Positions 36,801 through 49,282 of a DNA stretch of 64,000 nt are shown one piece after another (positions within the stretch are counted from its first letter, which is position 1; every line of letters begins with the position of its first letter). The stretch covers positions 12,340,088 through 12,404,087 of the forward strand of contig NC_134031.1 in NCBI RefSeq assembly GCF_964204645.1. The letters are read 5' to 3'. The stretch is from Tubulanus polymorphus. Lineage: Eukaryota; Animalia; Nemertea. The notes beneath the pieces are model-generated. The model had not been told where the DNA came from, did no database searches, and saw nothing but the letters and a program-made list of their open reading frames with translations. The position numbers were made by a program, and so were the translations under genes.

Positions 36801-39800
36801 TTTGTCCGAATACAGCACTGCTGTTGCATCTTCAATGCTTACAAATGTATATGTTGATAACTTTGGAGTTTCATATTCATCCCCGGATCAGCTGGATCAC
36901 TATTTCCACGAAAGTCGCAAAATCATGTCAGATGCAAAATTCAATTTGCGGTCTTGGGCGACAAATTGCAAATCTACGCGTGAACTCGCGCGTTCTGAAG
37001 GGATCTTAGATGAGTCAGATATCGTTAAATTTCTAGGTCTTCATTGGAATGTTGATAATGATTTACTTAGTTTCTCGACAAAACCCAGCATTACAACTAA
37101 TTTTGCTACTAAGCGCGAGATTTTAAGTGACGCAAGTAAGGTATACGATCCACTTGGGTTCATCGCACCCATAACCGTTAGGGCCAAAACATTCATACAA
37201 AATCTATGGTCGTTAGGTACAGAGTGGGACGAACCGCTCGATGCCACCGTGTTGGATTCGTGGTTACCGATTATACGCGATCTCCAAAGAGCAGTTGAAT
37301 CCATCACAGTGCCTAGATCTCCTGTCTCGACAGTCGGTGTCGGTTCAGAACAACTACACGTGTTCGCGGAAGCATCTGCAAAAGCTTTCGGCGCTTGCGC
37401 ATATCTGTCTTTTCCGGATATTACTTCGAGTTATCTCGTTATGTCTAAAAGCCGGGTTGCTCCCGTTAAGTCGATGTCTATACCGAGACTAGAACTGTCG
37501 GCCGCTGTCGTTGCGGCGCGACTTGCCCAACATATTGTTGATAGTCTAGGGTCAGAACTAGATGTAGAAGTTTTTCTCTGGTCTGATAGTTTAGTCACAC
37601 TAGGATGGATTCATTCGTCTAAATCCTTACCAGTATTCGTAAGAAATAGGGTAAACTTGATCAGTAGTTTAACATCACAATACAACTGGCGTTATGTCCC
37701 ATCTAGCAGTAATCCTAGTGATGTTTTGAGTAGGGGCTGTGATAGTTTCACTCTCGCTAGTGATACCTTGTGGTGGACTGGCCCATCTTGGCTTTCAAGG
37801 AAAGATAACTGGCCTACTCATCCTAGCGCAAGCCATCTCCCTGAAATTTCATTGTTTGAAACAGAATGCAAATCGTTATTAATGACTAATTCTGATGTCC
37901 GACCCGTTGTTATTGAAGTATCGCAATTCACGTCATTGCGGGAAGTATTACGCATCATGGCTTACGTATTACGATTCGTTTCTTGTCTCAAATCGAGAAA
38001 TAAAAACCTGGAACCGATTACAGCGTCTGAGCTCAAGGATGCTGAATTAGCAATAGTGAAGCAGACTCAGTCGGTTCATTATCATGACATTATAGAATGT
38101 ATTGAAACTAAAACGAGTACTAGATCTAAACCTATGATTAATCAGCTCCGGTTATTCCTTGACCACAATCGTGTTTTACGGTCATCAGGGCGTATACATA
38201 ATTGTGATTTAGCTACAGAGACTCGTTTTCCCGCGTTACTACCACCACGCGATGAATTTACTACTCTTATCGTCTGGGATAGCCATGAACGTTCCAAACA
38301 TGTAGGTGTTACACAGACGGTGACTACATTGCGTCAAAAGTATTGGGTGCCCCGTGCGCGCCAAGTCGTTAAATCCATTATACAAAAATGCATCATCTGT
38401 AGAAAGGTAATTGGTAAGTCGTACATGACGCCACGCAGTCCACCTTTACCATCTCTACGCGTAAACGAAATGCGACCTTTCGCGATTTGCGGCGTCGACT
38501 TTACTGGGGAAATTCCAGTTAAAGACGAACCAGGTAAAATGTACATCTGCCTCTTTACCTGCGCAGTCACCAGAGCTGTACATTTAGAGGTTGTTCCATG
38601 TTTATCAGTGGAAATTTTCATGCATACTTTTAGAAGATTCGCGAGTCGCAGAGGCTCTCCGCAGAAAATGATGTCTGACAACGCCTCGACATTTGAATGC
38701 GCGTCTAAAGAAATAAAAACGTTACTTTCCTCTCCCTCTCTAACACATGAGCTGGCAATTGAGCACGTCGAGTGGGCATTTATTCCCAAACGTGCCCCTT
38801 GGATGGGAGGGTATTGGGAACGGCTGGTTGGCATCGTTAAGACTTGTCTGAAGAAGGTTTTAGGTCGCGCACGCGTTTCTAGCACTGAATTGATAACAAT
38901 CGTTTCAGAAATCGAGGCAGTCGTCAACGATCGACCTCTTACCTACATGTCATCAAATTTTGATGACCCCGAACCTATAACTCCTGCACATTTAATTCAC
39001 GGTCGTCGTATTAGAAACCTTCCCCATGTTAAACTTGAATCAGATAACTTATCTGATCCAGACTTTCTGACGAGTGCAAGTTTGACCTCACGCATGAAGC
39101 ACATGAGTTTTGTTTTCCAACAATTATGGGCAAGATGGCGTAAGGAATACCTTACATCACTACGTGAACGCTTTACAAACTCCTCTGGTCATTATGACAT
39201 CAAGGTTAAAAAAGGGGATTTGGTACATATTTGTGATGATTCTCCCCGGGTAAAGTGGAAGATGGGAATTATTATTGATATTAAGTATGGGAGAGACGGG
39301 TTCCCTCGATCAGCTTCTCTACGTACCGCCAACGGAATCACGAACAGGCCGCTAGCTAAATTAGTGCCGTTAGAAGTTACCTGTTCATATCCGGAGGAAC
39401 TACAACCGACTAATAGTCAATCGTGTGACTCGTCGCGCTCGGACACTCGGCCCAGAAGACAAGCTGCCGATACCGCTCGGGAACGAATACTACGAATCTA
39501 CGAACAGGAAAACTCTGTTTGTGCCCCGGAGGGCAATAGTGATAGTGAGTAGTGTATATTTATACGAGTTGTCGCCGTGTTAATTGTGATACATAAGTCG
39601 TGAAATTTCGATCTGAAATTTCGTAATGAAATCGATCATTACCCGTTGTGATATACGTTCGTCGTAAAATAATCGTGAAATCGATATGTGTACGTTTATT
39701 CAATAATTGTCATAATTGTTATGACGTAACGCTGGACTTCAATAGATCACGGATCATCATCTAAGACTCTTTGCGCCCCGGAGAATGTCGGGAATTGTAT

Positions 39801-40029
39801 ATAGGGTTATATTACAGTACTATACTATTATATTACAGGTACCAAATCAACCAAAACTGTTCAAACTCAAAACCATTCAAATGTCAAAATAATCCTCTCT
39901 TTCATAATTGTTGTATATAAGCTCCGAATAAATGTTCCCAGTCAGTCAGTATACAGTAACCAGGTCTTGTTACGTTGTCTCTTACCAATAACCAGAGGAT
40001 CACAGTACCATTACAGTCATTCACCAACA
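33851..40029 (+). mobile_element. Full-length, very young BEL/Pao LTR retrotransposon
   Basis: 244-bp TG..CA LTRs (33851-34094, 39786-40029) differing at one base. 5-bp TSD ACAAA. PBS TGGTCCCTCTCGAGC (tRNA-Tyr-like). PPT-like gccccggagaa. Confidence 0.97.
34144..39552 (+). CDS. BEL/Pao gag-pol polyprotein, 1802 aa, uninterrupted
   Basis: DUF1759-type gag, triple CCHC, protease FDDGSQRSF, RT YVDN, Pao RNase H (FAEAS, IPRLEL, WSDS), integrase H-H-C-C with GVDF/SDNA/WERL. Confidence 0.96.
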   Translation: MGEEVTNSSEYQALFRKRSAQRGQVTKICKDADTIVNTQTAQLPDLQKLQRLIKRLEDKIHELSIINDSMLEMVTCDTLYATIADETESVIGDAIDRKLFYEQYISSYNSVEPPPMSNASKLASPRTNLPKLVLVEFNGEIMNWLPFWDSFAAAVHSVSNIAPVQKFQYLKSLLSGSALSSIQGLTLTESNYHHAIDILTQRYGQEHLIIDAHMQALMSEPAPSYNLTSLRNFRDRIECHIRSLETLGDMSYSDMLVSLIWNKLPSNVRCSIVRYNSNQRYTLSELRLFLLKEVDVLEAGFDGVKSLSLVVAQKGANGQNSSLNRVVPSTSPGFGPKSFTCTFCRSNDHYTGNCREFVTRDQRIAFIQTNNLCYNCLGLHRIATCTSRFNCKTCKRKHHSSICPDILNSNMQGQTFKSNEQQASGIQPVNNTVPRPAPRSIPRTVSRPAPRRNRTTQMFTSSDNAILLKTAVVSVFVPSVENSCASANLVFDDGSQRSFISQDLATSLDLKPIRREIIELSGFGAETSECRVMVVNLAIQCRTEIVTVELIVTDTIASPLSTSSVNRAKDCPHLIGLDLAHPPTSMSGIFVIQMLIGADQYYKLVEGELIKGPFESDPIAVKTKVGYVLSGPVHNDSRTSTVLSMLTIVRSHSSDNAKLQKFWEIQILTDTNDSDTLDFMHRYNSTITRNQTGRYIAPLPWKDDFDTLPSNFNVSNARTRSTARRLAKDPPMLKLYSDLINDQKARDFIEEIPPDEIDANNVHYIPHHPVFRKSATTPVRIVFDCSCSEGRYSRSLNDCLEAGPPLQHDITSILIRFRLHGYAAISDLEKAFLQILLTDSDRDYTRFLWLSDPADPESRFIHYRFKVVLFGATSSPFILNSTVIKHLSEYSTAVASSMLTNVYVDNFGVSYSSPDQLDHYFHESRKIMSDAKFNLRSWATNCKSTRELARSEGILDESDIVKFLGLHWNVDNDLLSFSTKPSITTNFATKREILSDASKVYDPLGFIAPITVRAKTFIQNLWSLGTEWDEPLDATVLDSWLPIIRDLQRAVESITVPRSPVSTVGVGSEQLHVFAEASAKAFGACAYLSFPDITSSYLVMSKSRVAPVKSMSIPRLELSAAVVAARLAQHIVDSLGSELDVEVFLWSDSLVTLGWIHSSKSLPVFVRNRVNLISSLTSQYNWRYVPSSSNPSDVLSRGCDSFTLASDTLWWTGPSWLSRKDNWPTHPSASHLPEISLFETECKSLLMTNSDVRPVVIEVSQFTSLREVLRIMAYVLRFVSCLKSRNKNLEPITASELKDAELAIVKQTQSVHYHDIIECIETKTSTRSKPMINQLRLFLDHNRVLRSSGRIHNCDLATETRFPALLPPRDEFTTLIVWDSHERSKHVGVTQTVTTLRQKYWVPRARQVVKSIIQKCIICRKVIGKSYMTPRSPPLPSLRVNEMRPFAICGVDFTGEIPVKDEPGKMYICLFTCAVTRAVHLEVVPCLSVEIFMHTFRRFASRRGSPQKMMSDNASTFECASKEIKTLLSSPSLTHELAIEHVEWAFIPKRAPWMGGYWERLVGIVKTCLKKVLGRARVSSTELITIVSEIEAVVNDRPLTYMSSNFDDPEPITPAHLIHGRRIRNLPHVKLESDNLSDPDFLTSASLTSRMKHMSFVFQQLWARWRKEYLTSLRERFTNSSGHYDIKVKKGDLVHICDDSPRVKWKMGIIIDIKYGRDGFPRSASLRTANGITNRPLAKLVPLEVTCSYPEELQPTNSQSCDSSRSDTRPRRQAADTARERILRIYEQENSVCAPEGNSDSE

Positions 40030-43000
40030 ACAAAATTCTATTGTGGAATTTCTTCATTTATCTTCAGTTAACACGCTTTAGAGTATTTTCGACTTCTTCG
40101 GGTCCTGTAGTCCTTTAGATCAAAAAGTATTTACTAATCAGCAAAGAAGGGATATACAACCGTGTTGGTCGCTATGAGAGGGATTCCCTGTATATCTGCA
40201 CCTTAAACCGGTACCTTTGTTGGTTCTAGCCCGCATTCACTTCCAAATTCAAGTATTGGTAACGTTGGTTTACGATAATTTGAGAAAAAGAGTTTAGTTG
40301 GAGAAAACTGATAATTATCTTATAATTTAGCGATTCATTGGTTCATCGATTCAGCGAAGTTCAAACAAATAACATTTTGGCATGTTATTATATTGGCACC
40401 TTGAAATAAAGTTTCATAGAGATATTGCGGTGCTATGTTTATTAATATTAAGAGGTAATTACTTTTGGTTCGGGGTATTTTGGTGGCCAATGCAGTTTGT
40501 TCACTCGTTCGTCAATCACTGTCTAGTTAGCCAGTGTAATTGACCTGCTGACCGATAGCTGCTGCTGGGTTTTTGATAACGTATATAAACAATTTACTTA
40601 ACAAAGTAGGAAATTATGTGAAACTAGAATTATAGCCTATTGCATTTCTTTCACATCTTAAGCCAAAAGAAGTTTTCTCTATCAAATGATATTGCTGACT
40701 TCAAAATTACATGAACATCTCAACACTGCACTTTTATACGCTAATCATTTGATCTTTTATAATAAGTTGGTAATTTCATTTCAACCAAACTGTATAACTA
40801 CGAAATAAGATTTTGATTATGGTATCACTTCTAGCGAGCGATAAAACGATTCAATAGTCATTAACGAAGAAGCAGAGAACAGCGTGAAAAAGTGAACATC
40901 ACATGGATTACTTAAAAATCGTTTCTATCGAAATAAACAATAAATTCAAGGTTAATTCTAAGTATTTTAGATAAATTTTTTTCGTAATTCATTTTTTGAA
41001 AATATGATTTTATTTGTATATTCCTCTCTCATATACCCTTAAAAACAAATTAAGCCTAAAAGACAAATTTATTTTTTTGTCTTTCTTTTCTACAAAATCA
41101 AAGATTTATGAACGCACCAGAATGTTTTATAATCGCAAATGTAAAACAAAAATCTTAAAATTCTAAGAATTCTAGGACTGGCACTATATTTTAGTATTAA
41201 TGGATTTAACCCTTGATGATGTTACATGAATCAATAGTTCTCCATTTTGTCGAGCGTAATATAATTTAGGGGATTCTTAGCATCTCAAAAACTTTGATTT
41301 TCTATTTACAGAACTGTATTCAAAGCATACAGAGTTCTGTATACAAAGCATATAGGGTTTAACAGTACCTTTGAACCTGTCACGTATCACTGCAAATCTT
41401 TAACAGATGCTGCTATTTTGAACAGGAAATAACCATGCCTTCTCAAAATGGTCACTTTTCAATAGTTGACTTTTAGAAACGATGAGTTTTGAGAGCAGCT
41501 GCTATGGTAGGAGTTACTATCACAAAGTCACTGTTAACAGGCGGGTGGTTTTACAGTCACCTCTACTGCTAGTGTGCACTATCGAAACCAGATGTTTCAA
41601 AATGGTCACTTTTCAATAGTAGACTCTTCGAAACAGCCACTATAGAAAACCAACCGAATTGAAAGGAATACTATTTCAGAGTGACTGTTTTGAAATGTAT
41701 ACTACTGGAAAAGTAGCCGATATCGTTAATTGCTTATTGTTCTCAAGTGGCTACTAAGTAAAAGTAGACGTTTGGGCTCAAAAGTGCGATAGACATGTTC
41801 TTGGATTCAGCCTTTCAAATTTGCTCAATAAAACAAAATTCAATTGGATTTGATGTTTTATTTGTTCAATGAAGTAAAATTGAATTTGATTTGATATTCA
41901 TTGCAGAATCAAATTTGATTGAATTGGCAGTTTGAGCACATTTGAACATATGAAGGTCATCCATCCGATTTGAGAAAGAGCTAATTTTCCCGGACTGTGC
42001 ATAATTGTTAATGATATTTCCGTGGTGCAAATAAAAATATACCTCCCAAAAACCAAATCAACTAAAGATTTCACAGAAATCGATCTGTCAATACGATTTT
42101 AAATCTTATACCGCAGGTTCACGTGAACACCTGCTGATATCTGCGGCGAAGCCAATAATAGAGGAGTTTGTCAGTGCAGTTCAACGCACTGTAGAACTGT
42201 GTATCAACCGTGTATATACATTTATGTGAATAATATCAGTTATATTCAAGTTAGATTGTGAACCAATGTAAATGTATTGTGACTGACTTATGTATATAAT
42301 AAAGTTTGAACAGTATTCAGCACTGTGAGCAAGTCATTCCTGTAGTTTGTTTCGTACATTCTGGACAGAAGCCCTCGAGGATACAGAGGAGTCTTTGCTT
42401 TCTGATGATTGGCTTTTTAAAACGGATATCTTTGCTTTCAGATTTTCGCGAAAAATCGCATACAAATTATAAGGCCATTTTTCAAAATTCAGCTTCATAG
42501 GGTTTGGAGAATGGTTAATGCTTTAAAGAATGATTTGTATGAATATATGCTCAGTTGCAAAGTGACTTTGCTCTGGAAACCATTTCATTTAAGTTCGCTC
42601 CATTTGTATAGAATTAGGCTCAGCCTACAGCTGGCCTAAAAATCACATATTCGTCTCAAATCAGTAAAATTAAATAACTGGATCATTGACTTATACAACC
42701 TATGCCGCTGCTTGTGAGCGCCGCAATCATGAGTCATCTTTGCCAAACAAACATACATGTATGAACTCAGTACTCATAGCCTATATAAAATAACAACATC
42801 ATTCCTCCTCATTATTTACAGCTCTACTGCCGGCTATTCAATGGCTATGCTATACACCAGAAATGATTTGGGAATCTTAAACATCTTCTAAAAGGATTAC
42901 ATATGCTACGAACATTCATTATGTGGTGCTGGACTAGAGACTGGAAACTATTGGATCATTTCAGACGTACACTGCTAAAAATCTATCTAATAAAGCTAAG

Positions 43001-43761
43001 TTCATTGTTCTTAATCAAATCTGTAAGTTTGGCCATAGCTTCGCGGTTCATAAAGCGTACCAAAAGCTTGTTATTATTCAGTGGTACAGCAGGCATGGAA
43101 ATGTGTTTGACTGCAATGACGTCAGAGATCGTAAGTTTTTTATAGCAAACGCGCACCTGCTGTGTACGAAAAGCTGGTAAAAATAGCCGACTTTATATCT
43201 TATTTCTCAGTAATGGCTGTACTAAAATGAATATTAGTAACATACTTATCATTTACATGAATCACATTTGAAAAAAAAGGTTTTACACAATATTCTTTTT
43301 AGAGGGCATTTGACCTTAGTTCCCTGTTCTCATATCTATTCATATAATTTAATTTTTATCATTAAGCCTTAGCAAGCCTTTATTGATTACAATTCGCAAA
43401 TACTTTGGGGATTTTTTAATCTCAGTAGGAGACTAGAAAAATTAAGGCTGCTGGTTCTTCTATTCAGCGCACTGAGTGCAGCAGTGTGACGTTTCCTGGC
43501 ATTGATTTTTTTTTAACACAAGGGGAAATGCCTGGATATTTATACTACCGGTAGTGCAGCATGCACTTGAGCAAAACTATACAATCATTGACGTATAGTG
43601 GCTTTACTAAGTGACATGAAGTGGAGCTATGAAGACTATGTTTATACAATTATTGATATTTCGTTAATAAAATCGAGCATGTGAAACCTGACAGTCTTGG
43701 AAAATTAAAGCTAAAACCACTCAGCAAGAACACTGCTTATAAAAAACCAATAACCCTGAAA

Positions 43762-44109
43762 CTCACATCCACCCACGGCAGGGATTCGAACCTGATTGGC
43801 ATTTCTAAACTCAGCCACAGCACGAACCTCTTCCACAGTAGACCTGGTGCACAGGTACATGTGCAGCTTTGCTGCACGAAAACTTGTGGCACCAATCAGA
43901 TTGCTCATTGTATAATCGCTGAGGTATTTCACAGAAGAACTATAAATGAGAAAATCTGGGGTAAGGTAAAACGGAATATCCAATTGGCTAATAATGACAT
44001 CATCTAAGCTGAACATGTAGCTGCGCATTCAGTCTAGCGTGGCAGGGTTTCGTACCGAGACAAGTCTCAATGCCATCAGGTTTCGAATGCCTGCCGGGGG
44101 AGGATGTGA
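43762..44109. mobile_element. Two diverged head-to-head tRNA-derived SINE heads
   Basis: Minus-strand caggttcgaatccctgccgtgggtggatgtga and plus-strand caggtttcgaatgcctgccgggggaggatgtga, each with a B-box. Confidence 0.55.
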
Positions 44110-44499
44110 AACTCATCACAATTAAAGAATGTCATGAGCAACAATTTTGCAATTGATTGTGGTATGTGGCAGCCATCTTTGATGACTTAAACAATAGGGT
44201 TCATCCTCCTCAAACCTAAAATAAACAATACCAATTTACAAGAAAATCAACCAAAAATTTAAGCCTGTAGAGTGGGAAAAAGATCTGCATGCAAGCCCAA
44301 ATGGACGGACGGACACACGCGATGATACCCCTATGGCCAAGGAGTAAAAATGGCTAGGGCTCACGGCTCCTATCATTGAGAGTTCTAATGAAAGCAGAGA
44401 CCGATCTATGGAATAAAATCCCCTTGCCCAGGGGGAAGCATATCTGAAATTTCACTAGCTCCCTCGAAAATCTACTTGCCCTACACATACTGTCCGACT

Positions 44500-47400
44500 C
44501 GTGGCACAATCATCCATTATACCAATTGGGTACTGAACTTCCATACAATCTTCCTATCCGCGCAATACTGTTCGAGTTGTTCATCATTCCAACCATCTAT
44601 CATTGCCTTTAATTCCCTATTCACACCTACAAACTGTGTTCCGTTATCACTTATAATCATTGCTGGATAGCCACGTAACGAGAAAAACCTACGTAACGCT
44701 TGCATGGATTCGATCGTAGAACAGTCAACTGCCAACTCTAAGTGCACGGCTCTGGTGTTAAGACAGGTGAATATAAATCCATAATGTTTCGCCGTTTTGT
44801 TCCTTCCAACTCTCACGGAAAAGGGACAAAAGTAATCGCAAGATGTATATTAGAACGGTGGCGAGAACGGGGCTAATTTCTCCTTAGGTAACTCGGCCAT
44901 GAACTGCGTTTCTCTTCTTTGCTCCAGTATGCGACATGTAACGCATCTATACATCTCAGTTTTCGCTAGTCTATGTGCATGTAAGATCCAATATTTGCTT
45001 CGTACTTTAGCAACGGTCGTAGCTACTCCTGTATGTCCTCTTTGGTGGTAATTTCGAACCAGAAGTCGAGATATATGGTGTTCGGCAGGAAGTAGGATTG
45101 GATTTTTCACATCGTACGAAGTGGCAGCTTTATTTAATCTGCCACCAACCTTTAAGATTCCTTTTCCATCCCGAAAAGGGCTCAAGGTCTTCACACTGTC
45201 TACGTTCATGGTCTTCTGTGCTTCCAACACCCAATATTCCTCGGCCTTTATTAGTTCCTAAGGAGTTATGACGTTACTCTCATCTTCTCGAACACATTTT
45301 CCACATTTCGCTTTAAGTCGTCGAATAAATCTGAACACATTAGCCGTTACCTTGACTAATCTTTTCCAATTCGTGAAACTTGAACAATCGATAACTATTT
45401 CCATTCGCTCGATTCGTGTTGCTAAGACTGCTTGCGATCGTTTCTTCTCATTGTCAGCAAATAATTTGTCTGCGCCCGAGGAACCAACGGTAATTGGCCG
45501 GTCATGTTCCGGTAATAACAGGAAAGCTGGTCCGTTTTTCTATCTCTTATCCAGATCCTCAACGGAAATACCTCTGGACACGTCATCAGCGAGGTTCACC
45601 TCTCCGGGGATATGTTTCCAATCCGATGGATCACAATTGCTCTGAATTTCTCCAACCCTGTTAGACACAAAGGGTTTGTATGATCTGGATTCATTTCGTA
45701 TCCATTCAAGGACTATCATACTGTCGGTCATAAACACAACCTTCTGTATCTGTAAACGCGTTTCTTCGAGGATCGCTTTGTACAATCTTCTCGCCATTAC
45801 CGCTGCTTGAAGTTCCAATCGAGGAATGGTTAATCCTCTCAACGGTGCAACTCTTGATTTGGCCGCAATAAACCTCGTTCCATAAGTGTCTCCAGATTCC
45901 CATCGTATATATCCACAGGTACCGAATGCCTCTTCGGATGCGTCTGAGAATACGCATAGTACAAGATTTGATACATTCCTCGGAGTGAGACATCGGTCAA
46001 TGTATATAGTACTAAGCTCTTGCATTTCTTCAAAGAATTTTTTCCAATCACTCTTGTCCGCCTCCGTCAACTGTTCGTCCCACTCGAGACCTTTCTGCCA
46101 GAACTTTTGCATGCCAATTTTGGCGCGAATCAAAAAGGCAGCCGCCATACCGATTGGATCGAAAAAACTGGATATTTGGCTGAGTATCTCTCTTTTTGTA
46201 TTGAAATCCACTTTTCTATTCTCTACCTTGTAGCAAAGAAAATCGCTCCCTGGTCTCCAGACAATGCCTAAGACCTTCTGTTCGACGTTTCTATTCATAC
46301 AATCTGATAGCAGTTCGTTCGGTCGTAACTCAGAGTTAGATAACCATCCTTTCACTCGGACACCTCCTGTCGACAGAACGTCATCCACCTCAGCTGTTAG
46401 CGCCCTTGCCTCGATTAGGGTATCAACTGAGTCACAGATATCGTCCATGTAGGTATTACTTAAAAGCACCTCTGCGGCTTTCGGATATCGCTCTTTGGCT
46501 TCTATGGCCGTTTTACATAACGCGGTCTGGGCCATCACTGCGATGAACATGTTGATCTACCTCAGGTATCAACACTCGATTATACATCTTCGATATATCT
46601 GCCACCAGCGCAATTGACTTCTCGCGAAATCTCAGGTTGTTGAGCAAATCGGGGCCCTTCATCCAATAGTCATTCAACGAAAACAATTCTCAGCGGGGTA
46701 CTAGACTTGTCCGGTCTCATAACTTCTCGATGACATATGTAATATATTGGACCCGTGTATTCATTAACCTCCGAATCGGTCAGCTTTCTAGCCAATTTTT
46801 CTTTTACCATCATTTCAATATGGCCATTGTAGGCCCGAGCGTGTTCCGGAGTTCTTAAGAGCCTTTCTTCTGTGGACTTAAGTTTCCGTTCAACTTGTTT
46901 TCTATTATCCGGTAGGGATGACGGGTCCCTACGCCAAGGAAACGGGATCATCCACTGATTCCCGACCTTTTGACAAGACTGTTCGATCAGTTTAGCTTCT
47001 TCTCGTTCAACAGGGCTTATTTTATCAGGTTTGCATGTACAATTCTTCATGGTGACTCCCATCGATTCGGTGGTCCAGAAGTTCCGCAAATCTACTGGTC
47101 CTTCAGCGTTTAAGTCTACGTGTAGTATTCCCTTCGGGCCAGAATTCTGACAATCATTCCTAGAGAATCCAAATACTACCCAGCCTAATGGTGATCGCCG
47201 AGCTACAAGCTTTCCTATTTGGCGGGTTTCTCCGTGCATTTTGGCATGGTCGATCCCGATAAGGATGTCAACGGATCCAGTTCCATGGTATAAACAATTG
47301 GGTTTTAAATTAAAACATCTCTCTAAATCTGGGAGATTTGACCCTTGACACTTCTTCGTTAATACAAGGAATGCCAATTACTGATACAGCGTGAACATAA

Positions 47401-49260
47401 TCGCCACCTATCGGACTAACTCCGACTTTATACCGTTTGGTATATAATGTTTCTACATCACCCCCGACCTTGGTTACAGTAATCGTTACATCTTTTCCTG
47501 ATAATTTCAGTTTCTCCGCGAATGAAGACTTAATTAAGCTAACCTGGGCTCCAGAGTCTAAAAGTACATTAGCCCTTTTGACACCTGAGTTTTGAAAACC
47601 TTTGGCATTGACTAATACAATCGGTAACAGTGATTCCTGTTTGTCTGATAACGTAACCCCATTAAAGGTAATAACAGTACCATTTTGATGTAACAATGGG
47701 TTATGAAAAAGTTTACAAGGTGTGTCATTATAAATTCCAGTACATTATTTTCTGCGAGAACAGGTTGATACATTATGATTTTTTCCAGCCTTTTTAGACA
47801 ACTATAACAAACACGGTTCTCCCTAGCTAGCTTCAAACGAGCATCTGGTTCCAATGACTTGAATTTTTCACATTGGTCTACCCAATGGAAATTTGACTGG
47901 CACAACCAACATTTATAATTACATACAGTTTGTTTTGTTTTACATTCTGACAGATAATTAACTGAGCGAGCATATTGTGGTGAACATCTAATAGGAGCCG
48001 TTGCTCTTATGCGCGATTTCATTTCAACAGTCATCCAATCTATCAAGGATTCGAGGGATGCATTTTCGCTGTTTTTCTCCAGGTATCTAGACCATACTTT
48101 CCTATCGTCGATGCTCATCTTCTCTTCAATCATGGCGATAATATGGTTGTTGTCCATATCGTGCGGACGACCAACTTGTTTCAGGCTGTTGAAGCTCCGT
48201 CTTATCAAGTGCACTAAGTCACAGAATCTACCATCTTCTCTTTCTCTAAACGGTTTGAACTTGGTGATATCTTGTGTAATGACGTCGGCGACGAATCTCG
48301 GATCACTGTAAATGGAGTCAAGATACTCCCATGCGGAATCATAATCGGAGCCGACCCCCTTCACGAGCTCGAGGGGTTTCCCCATCAGACATGACGTTAG
48401 CATTGTCATACAGTCTCTTTTATCATAGCGGGATTGAACTATGTGCTTAAAATTTGATCTGAATATGTGATATTCTCTGATATCACCAGAATACTTAGGA
48501 AGACTGGGCTTTTCCATCTGGAGCGCACTCAGTGGGGTTAATTTGGATTTTGGTTCAACCTCTGCACCATCATCTGGCGACTTTGGATCAGTGTTAGGCA
48601 ACACAACAGGGTTATCTGGTGTTGGAGGCTCTACGGCAGGGTTTGTGATTTTCAAGTAATCATTGGCTTTGTTTTCGTGTTGGATAGGATAGCGATGGAT
48701 AGGGCGTAGTTCTCAAGAATGATCACTAGATTTTCAAAACTAAGTTCCAAATCTTTCAACGTCTTATTTACCTCCTCTTTGGGTCTTCCTTCCTCAATCA
48801 GCTTTGACAGCTTGTTTGACAGACGAGTGACAGCAGCGCCTCAGTTAGGCCTTCGCAGCTTCAAATCATTAACAGTTGACATGATGAGTGATTCGAATTT
48901 ATCATACAGTACAGTCACAGAGCAGCAGAACAGACATACCACACCAGACGAAATCGAATTATGGCGAGACGCAGGCTCGAAGGGAGTGAAACAGAACTGA
49001 GGATGAGACGCAGGCTCAAACGGAATGAACAGAACGGATTTCTGTCTATCGTATAACAATAGTTTATTCGATTTCTTGACAGACTTAATCTCGAATCATC
49101 GACACGTTCAGTAAACCAGGAAAATCAGTGCCACACAATAGGTGGAGACAATGTACAGTGTCTATACCAAACAAACTAATTACTAAAATAACCTAATACA
49201 AACAACTACATATAAAACTAACTACATGTAATACTACGAAATGCACGTTCAACAAAACAA
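44500..49260 (-). mobile_element. Decayed BEL/Pao retrotransposon, 3'-truncated in the integrase
   Basis: Frameshifted gag (47612-48655), protease LLDSGAQVSLI, RT YMDD, RNase H FSDAS/TIPRLEL, integrase RAVHLE/SDNGTQF. PBS-like TGGCACTG at 49133. Confidence 0.92.
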
Positions 49261-49282
49261 GGATCTATTGTAATAACTTGTG

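Larger units (their letters stand above)
32395..42637. mobile_element. HINE family C, copy 1, expanded to about 10 kb by nested insertions
   Basis: Start aacaagagccccaaggggcac..tggccagcctgt and end hairpin taggctcagcctacagctggccta are shared with the 50489-52727 copy. Internal 41820-42200 matches 51430-51720. Confidence 0.55.

Noticed and set aside
34443-38927. Antisense ORFs inside the BEL pol (e.g. 197 aa at 38334-38927)
   Set aside because: Shadow ORFs of a long coding frame with no recognisable motifs.
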